A stretch of DNA of 42,526 bases, from the IMG/VR virus record IMGVR_UViG_3300028145_000001, positions 1 through 42,526 of that record. One strand, written 5' to 3'. The translations under genes were made by a program, and so were the position numbers. Origin of the DNA: a virus (lineage: Duplodnaviria > Caudoviricetes). The notes beneath the pieces are model-generated. The model was not told the origin of the DNA. It worked only from the letters and a program-made list of their open reading frames with translations, and searched no databases. Positions within the stretch are counted from its first letter, which is position 1. Every line of letters begins with the position of its first letter. Below are positions 42,174 to 42,526 of this stretch, piece after piece.

Positions 42174-42399
42174 TGAGTGAAACTAACCACCCAAGTTGTT
42201 TGCTTGCTCGTTCCATCGGCTATGAAAGTAAAGGAGATTGCGTCGTTGTTGGGTAGTGTGGTTGTGCCGCTCTGCGTGCCGGCTGCACCGCCGCCGCTCT
42301 TTGTGCTGTTGCAGGTGACTGCACCTGTAAGTAGCCCCGTACCGGCGTTGTTGGCGGCATTCAGAGTCGAGGTTCCCGCATTATCGGTCCAGCAGTTTA
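42170..42399 (-). CDS. Origin-spanning signal-peptide tail-fibre-like protein, 3' part
   Basis: Reads ...ITGINCWTDNAGTSTLNAANN...KQTTWVVSFTQ-stop. The TGA overlaps the ATG of 40470..42173. Confidence 0.9.
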
Positions 42400-42526
42400 T
42401 GCCTGTGATTGTCCACGTCGAACCAGAAGTATTGACACAAAAGAATTGTAGGTAAGTTCCCGCAGTTATAGCGTTCAGCCCGTCGCCTAATCCCGTCTCG
42501 CACCGTAGCTTGTTATACGGTGAAGC
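42400..42526. repeat. Terminal direct repeat, right copy (circular-assembly overlap)
   Basis: Identical to 1-127. Confidence 0.97.

Noticed and set aside
128-42399. Genome-wide stop-codon reassignment
   Set aside because: Genes are full length under the standard code. TAG ends the portal and 12499..12891 sensibly, and only one internal TAG was seen.
128-42399. CRISPR array, tRNA, diversity-generating retroelement, tail invertase
   Set aside because: I saw no repeat-spacer array, cloverleaf, reverse transcriptase, template/variable repeat pair or recombinase.
267-42455. Numerous plus-strand ORFs in the ORF track
   Set aside because: They are antisense shadows of well-supported minus-strand genes, with no motifs or RBS. 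Only 3380..3652 and 31175..31291 were kept.

Overview
The window is a complete circular dsDNA phage genome of 42,399 bp. Bases 1-127 equal 42400-42526, which looks like an assembly overlap, and a 790-aa gene reads in frame across the join. Almost all genes are on the minus strand. The virion is podovirus-type with P22-like gene order: terS, terL, groES, portal, scaffold, coat, decoration proteins, gp4-like, split gp10-like, fibre, gp14-like, three ejection proteins and a tailspike. A lysis region follows, with an M15 endolysin, membrane proteins and a lipoprotein. The early/middle region has an RHH regulator, a PEP-CTERM protein, an ERF recombinase, a DUF1376 initiator with an internal HNH, a helicase loader, a Tad1-like anti-defence sponge and a DUF559-type nuclease. 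I see no integrase, CI-type repressor, tRNA or CRISPR array. The most striking feature is a ~10.7 kb block at the tailspike locus (3324 -> origin -> 34987). It holds six large fibre/adhesin/depolymerase genes, and every one begins with a Sec-type signal peptide predicted to be cleaved just before Gln. This includes the tailspike with a head-binding anchor. These proteins are Cys-rich, whereas the signal-less fibre and gp10-N proteins have no Cys. This suggests receptor-binding proteins that fold in the periplasm and join virions at or after lysis. The host is probably Acidobacteriota (inference). All family calls come from motif recognition by eye; no searches were run.
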